From Hormiphora californensis (Eukaryota; Animalia; Ctenophora): a stretch of 64,000 nt of DNA. The DNA lies in contig CM035361.1 of NCBI GenBank assembly GCA_020137815.1, forward strand, positions 4,154,001-4,218,000. Direction: 5' to 3'. Every line of letters starts with the position of its first letter. The first letter of the stretch is position 1. Below, in pieces: positions 59,993 through 64,000 of the stretch. The translations under genes and the position numbers were made by a program. The notes under the pieces are model-generated. The model saw only the letters and a program-made list of their open reading frames with translations. It had not been told where the DNA came from and ran no database searches.

Positions 59993-62299
59993 TAAAGACA
60001 GACAGGATATTGCACCATGGTACAGCTGATATGTACCATGTAGTATTTATTTGCCATGCTACGCAGTCTGTCTGTTCGGCACTCGCGTAAGCTGACAGGC
60101 AAGGAACATGCCAAGTGTTTATAGGAGTGGTTTATTGTGCGACGTTTTGTTAATCTTCCGAACAATATGTTCTGAACCCGGAAGTGAGCTGCCTTCATGA
60201 GAGGCACAATATAAAGCTCCTATACTATTGAAATTGTTGTGTTGTAGTGAAACTTGATGTGGCTAAAACATAGGGATGTTTGGTGCCGGGAGGGGGGAAA
60301 AGATGAGAGGGGGGCCGGGGGCTGGGGTGTAGGTGGGTGCATGATGTGGCTAAAATAAAATGACGTTCGGGGAGGGGGGTTTGGGTTGGGACTAAAACCT
60401 TAATTTCAAAGTATTATGGATTTATTAATCGCCATTATGGATTATCAATCGGCCTGACGCGCCTGAAGCTGTTGAGAAAATTTTAAACTCAAGTGTTTGA
60501 TCTATCTTTAATCTATTTGATCTAATTAAATTACATCATCCAATGAAACAGGCCAGCTAGGATAAATCCATTGCAGTCAACACAGCAAAATAATTTCACT
60601 TAGCTGTTCCGTTTTAATAATAGCTCTGTTTTCCCTAGTCAGAACATCTTTTTTGTTCGCTTTGTTTTCCCTCTATTTTTATTTTTTATCATTCTCGCTA
60701 TCTTACAGCTATCTTTCTCTCTCACCCGCTCTTACTATCTTTCTCTCTCACCCACTCTTACTTTCTTTCCTCCATCCCTCTCCCTCGTTATCTCTCCCTC
60801 TTCCTATGCCTCCCAATCTCCCTTTTCACTCCCAAAAAGACGCTTTCCTTGCCCATTAGCATGGGTAGCTCTTCCCTCCTTACTTTATACATCTCTCTCC
60901 CTCTCTCCCTACTTTCTCCATTTCTCTCTCTCCACTCCCTCCTCTCTCCCCTCTGTCCTTTCTCCATCCTCCCTCTCTGCCTCCCTCCCACCTCCCTCTA
61001 TCCTCCCTTTTTTCTTGTAGCTAAACTTAGCCCACCAAGCACGGACCCATTAGCTCTCCCACAACGATTTGACGCCTCTTGTACAAGGTGCTCTCTAACG
61101 CCTCCTCCACAATACCCCACGCCTCCTCCCCAAACCCTCACGCCTCTACCACTTTCCCTGTGCTGGCCGATTAAGTGATTCAGTCCGCTCTCCCTCCTCC
61201 CTCCCTGTCCTTGGTAAGCCGTGTTCTGTCCCCATTGGCTGGCGAGCTGTCACGTGAGGAATACGGAGCTCCCATTGGACAGCCCATTGGTTTTCTAGCT
61301 CGCTATTGGCTAGAGCGTTCTCTCTCTCTCGCTCTGTGCCCAGCTAGGTCAGCTAGCACGGGGGTTAGCAAAATCAGTTCTTGAGGAGTCAGCTTGCCTT
61401 GTGCAGCAGCACCTAGAGCTGGAGAGAAGAGAGAGAGAGATTTATTTATTGTTATGGTAATCATATGATTTAGAGGGTACGTGGTCCTTATTGTAGACTA
61501 TTATATACGATTCCTCTTGACAACTACTTAAGTACTCCTCGTTGTGCGGAAGATTCTAATGCCACTTCAAATCATTACGATCTTTATAGATTTCCCGCAA
61601 TGATCTTATCGTTGCCAGTATTCGCGGTCACCATTTGGTTTCTGTTTACAACTATGAACCCACAAAACCACTCGTTAATTGGTTTCTGGTGATATCAGAG
61701 ACTCTGAAAGAGATGTCCTTATAGTTTTGTGGTCTACCCTAGCTGATAGTATCAGAGAGAAATATCGATAAAGTTTCAGGAACCAACAGCAAATTGTTTT
61801 TTTATCTATCGTAGTGTTTTCAGTTTTTTTTTCAGCAATTTCAGTTTTCAGACTTAATCCGTATTACTTTTTGATTTATATTTTTAGCCTCAGCTTTATG
61901 TTTCCCTTGCCATGTCCCTTGCTTTTTTAACGGCCAGACCAGGTCATCAATTCCCATTTACCCTTTCTGATCGGCTGATCCCTCTCGCGTTCTTTCCTTC
62001 TCTCTCTCTCCATCTCTATCTCACGTTCCCCCTCCCTCCCTCCCTCCCTCTCCATCTCTACACACCCACCACCTGCTGCCTCATTGCACTAGTACATGGC
62101 ATCTGCTGCTCTCTAATTCTGTATACACCTCCCTGGATCAATCCCCTCTCGTACGTCCCTCTATTATAAACGTTTTCCTGTCCTTCTAGCTCCAGCGAGA
62201 TCTCTCTTTCTCTACCTTCCTCTCTCACACTCTCTCTCTATGTCTCTCGCAGCTCGCTCTCTTTATCCCACTCAGCTCTCCTTTCAGTGGTCCTTTTAG

Positions 62300-64000
62300 T
62301 GGTGCACCCTGCATCAGATCCCTTTATGAGAGATTCCCAGATCGTTAGCTCTGGTTTTTAAAGCCCTCGAGCTTTATCCTCGAATCTGTGTGGTTAATTT
62401 GCTTTTTTTCGTAGTTAGTTATTAAATTAGTTCGTTAATAATAATTTTTTAGTTATTGGTCTAAATGTCCCTTACCACTGCCGTGGAAATTATAACCATC
62501 CAACCCTAAGATCTTCCCTTTCCCTTCTCACCCTCTCTCTGATCTCTATCTCTGATCTCTATCTCACTCTGTTTCTGATCACTCTGGGGTTGGATGGTTT
62601 CGGTGGGTGGTAGTACATGGTGGGTCCGTTGCCCATGGTTACCGATTCTCTGTTTCCATGGACACACCCTGGGACGGTAACTGAAGGGACCCACACTCCC
62701 CATCTCTCCAACTTTTGTCCCGAATGGCTAAGCCCAAAGCTGTCCGGTTCATCACATGTGGGTCCCTTCAGGCCAAATCATGTACAGGGTCCTCTGGGTA
62801 AATTTTGGACAGGGGGCGTTTGTTTGGTTTATTATGCAGTATTATTTTGGGCAGGGAGGGCAACCATTTTTATAATAATATGTTTCAGAGCTTGAAGTGC
62901 AGAACATCAACTTTGGAGCTCAACCTTTGGACACTAACAAAATGAAGTGCGAGTTAAATGAACCCAGCCAATGGAATTCATTGGTAAGTTTGATAAAGGA
63001 GCACTTTTTGGAAAAAAAGCTCTAAGGTCTGATAATTTCAATCACTAACAAGAAGACATAAATTTGATTGTTATTCTTTTTTAATAATTTTTCCCCCCAA
63101 AAAAAAAATCACTAACAAAAACATCTCGGATAAGAAGTTTTCAATTTAAAACAAATATAGCTAAAGATCTTCTTGTTTTTTTTCAGGGAGTTACCATGAC
63201 AATAACTTGGATGGCCGGATCAGATGAATACTACACCTACACCAGACGGAAACTAAAGCCGCTCTGACGTGTACTCGGCTCTACACTCTATACTTTTCTC
63301 TCTCTCTATATCGCTCTTGATCCACTAACTAACTAAGCTATCCTTTCCTCTCTCATTATTATAGTGGTGATGCCCCCACTACGACCCCCATCAGATTCCG
63401 ATTTGTGAGAGTTTCCCAGCTGTCATTAGCTCTGGTTTTCAAAGCCCTCGAATTTTATCCTCTGTGTGGCTAATTAGCCCTTTTTCATAGTTAGTTACTG
63501 AATTAGTTTTTTAGTTTTTTAGGTCTAAATTTTTCAAGTTTTTTAGATCTAAATTTTTTTAAACTGTTTTAGGTCTAAATCTTTTTTATTTTTTGGTCTA
63601 AATGTCCCTTACCACTGCCGTGTAAATCATAACCATCCAACCCTAAAAGATCTTCCCTTTACCTTCTCACCCTCTCTCTGATCTCTATCTCACTCTGTTT
63701 CTGATCACTCTGGGGTTGGATGGTTTCGGTGGGTGGTAGTACATGGTGGGTCCGTTGCCCATGGTTACCGATTCTGTGTTTCCATGGACACACCCTGGGA
63801 CGGTAACTGAAGGGACCCACACTCCCCATCTCTCCTACTTTTGTCCCGAATGGCTAAGCCCAAAGCTGTCCGGTTCATCACATGTGGGTCCCTTCAGGCT
63901 AAATCATGTACAGGGTCCTCTGGGTAAATTTTGGACGGGGGGCGTCTGTTTGGTTGATTATGCAGTATTATTTTGGGCAGGGAGGGCAACCATTTTTTAT
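62300..64000. repeat. Direct duplication with ~1.1-kb period (62458-62873 nearly identical to 63595-64000), runs off the window
   Basis: GGTCTAAATGTCCCTTACCACTGCCGT...GGCAACCATTTTT occurs twice; upstream parts are more diverged. Confidence 0.88.

Noticed and set aside
59348-60207. Long SL/ER-repeat ORFs (also ~29805-30179, ~50970-51439, ~52110-52565)
   Set aside because: (GA)n/(CT)n microsatellite translations.

Overview
Eukaryotic, intron-rich animal DNA. The MITE families, the GTTACCATGGTAAC intron repeats and one protein domain resemble what I recall from ctenophore (Pleurobrachia-like) genomes; this is an inference, not a database result. Manual splicing gives six host genes: the 3' end of an Ig-domain membrane protein; a divergent Bax inhibitor-1/TMBIM-like gene (-); a small RING-CH/MARCH-like E3 ligase (-); a frameshifted secreted gene with a lineage-specific domain plus Sushi; a ~20 kb gene for a secreted protein with ten F-type (fucose-binding) lectin domains, PCSK9/resistin-like Cys-rich modules, EGFs and two Ig domains; and an SLC7 L-type amino-acid transporter. 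Mobile DNA includes an intact MULE, a triple nest (Foldback-like > Ty3/Gypsy > Chapaev3-like), a second inverted Foldback copy, a pogo remnant, an L2/CR1-group LINE and three MITE families. The most unusual signals are the lectin architecture, repeated duplication and amplification of splice junctions (including an in-frame array of ~14 acceptors), a transposon inserted into a TAG acceptor, a captured antisense SNRK-like kinase exon, and a BI-1-like protein lacking the di-aspartyl sensor. All gene models are manual and unvalidated by transcripts.
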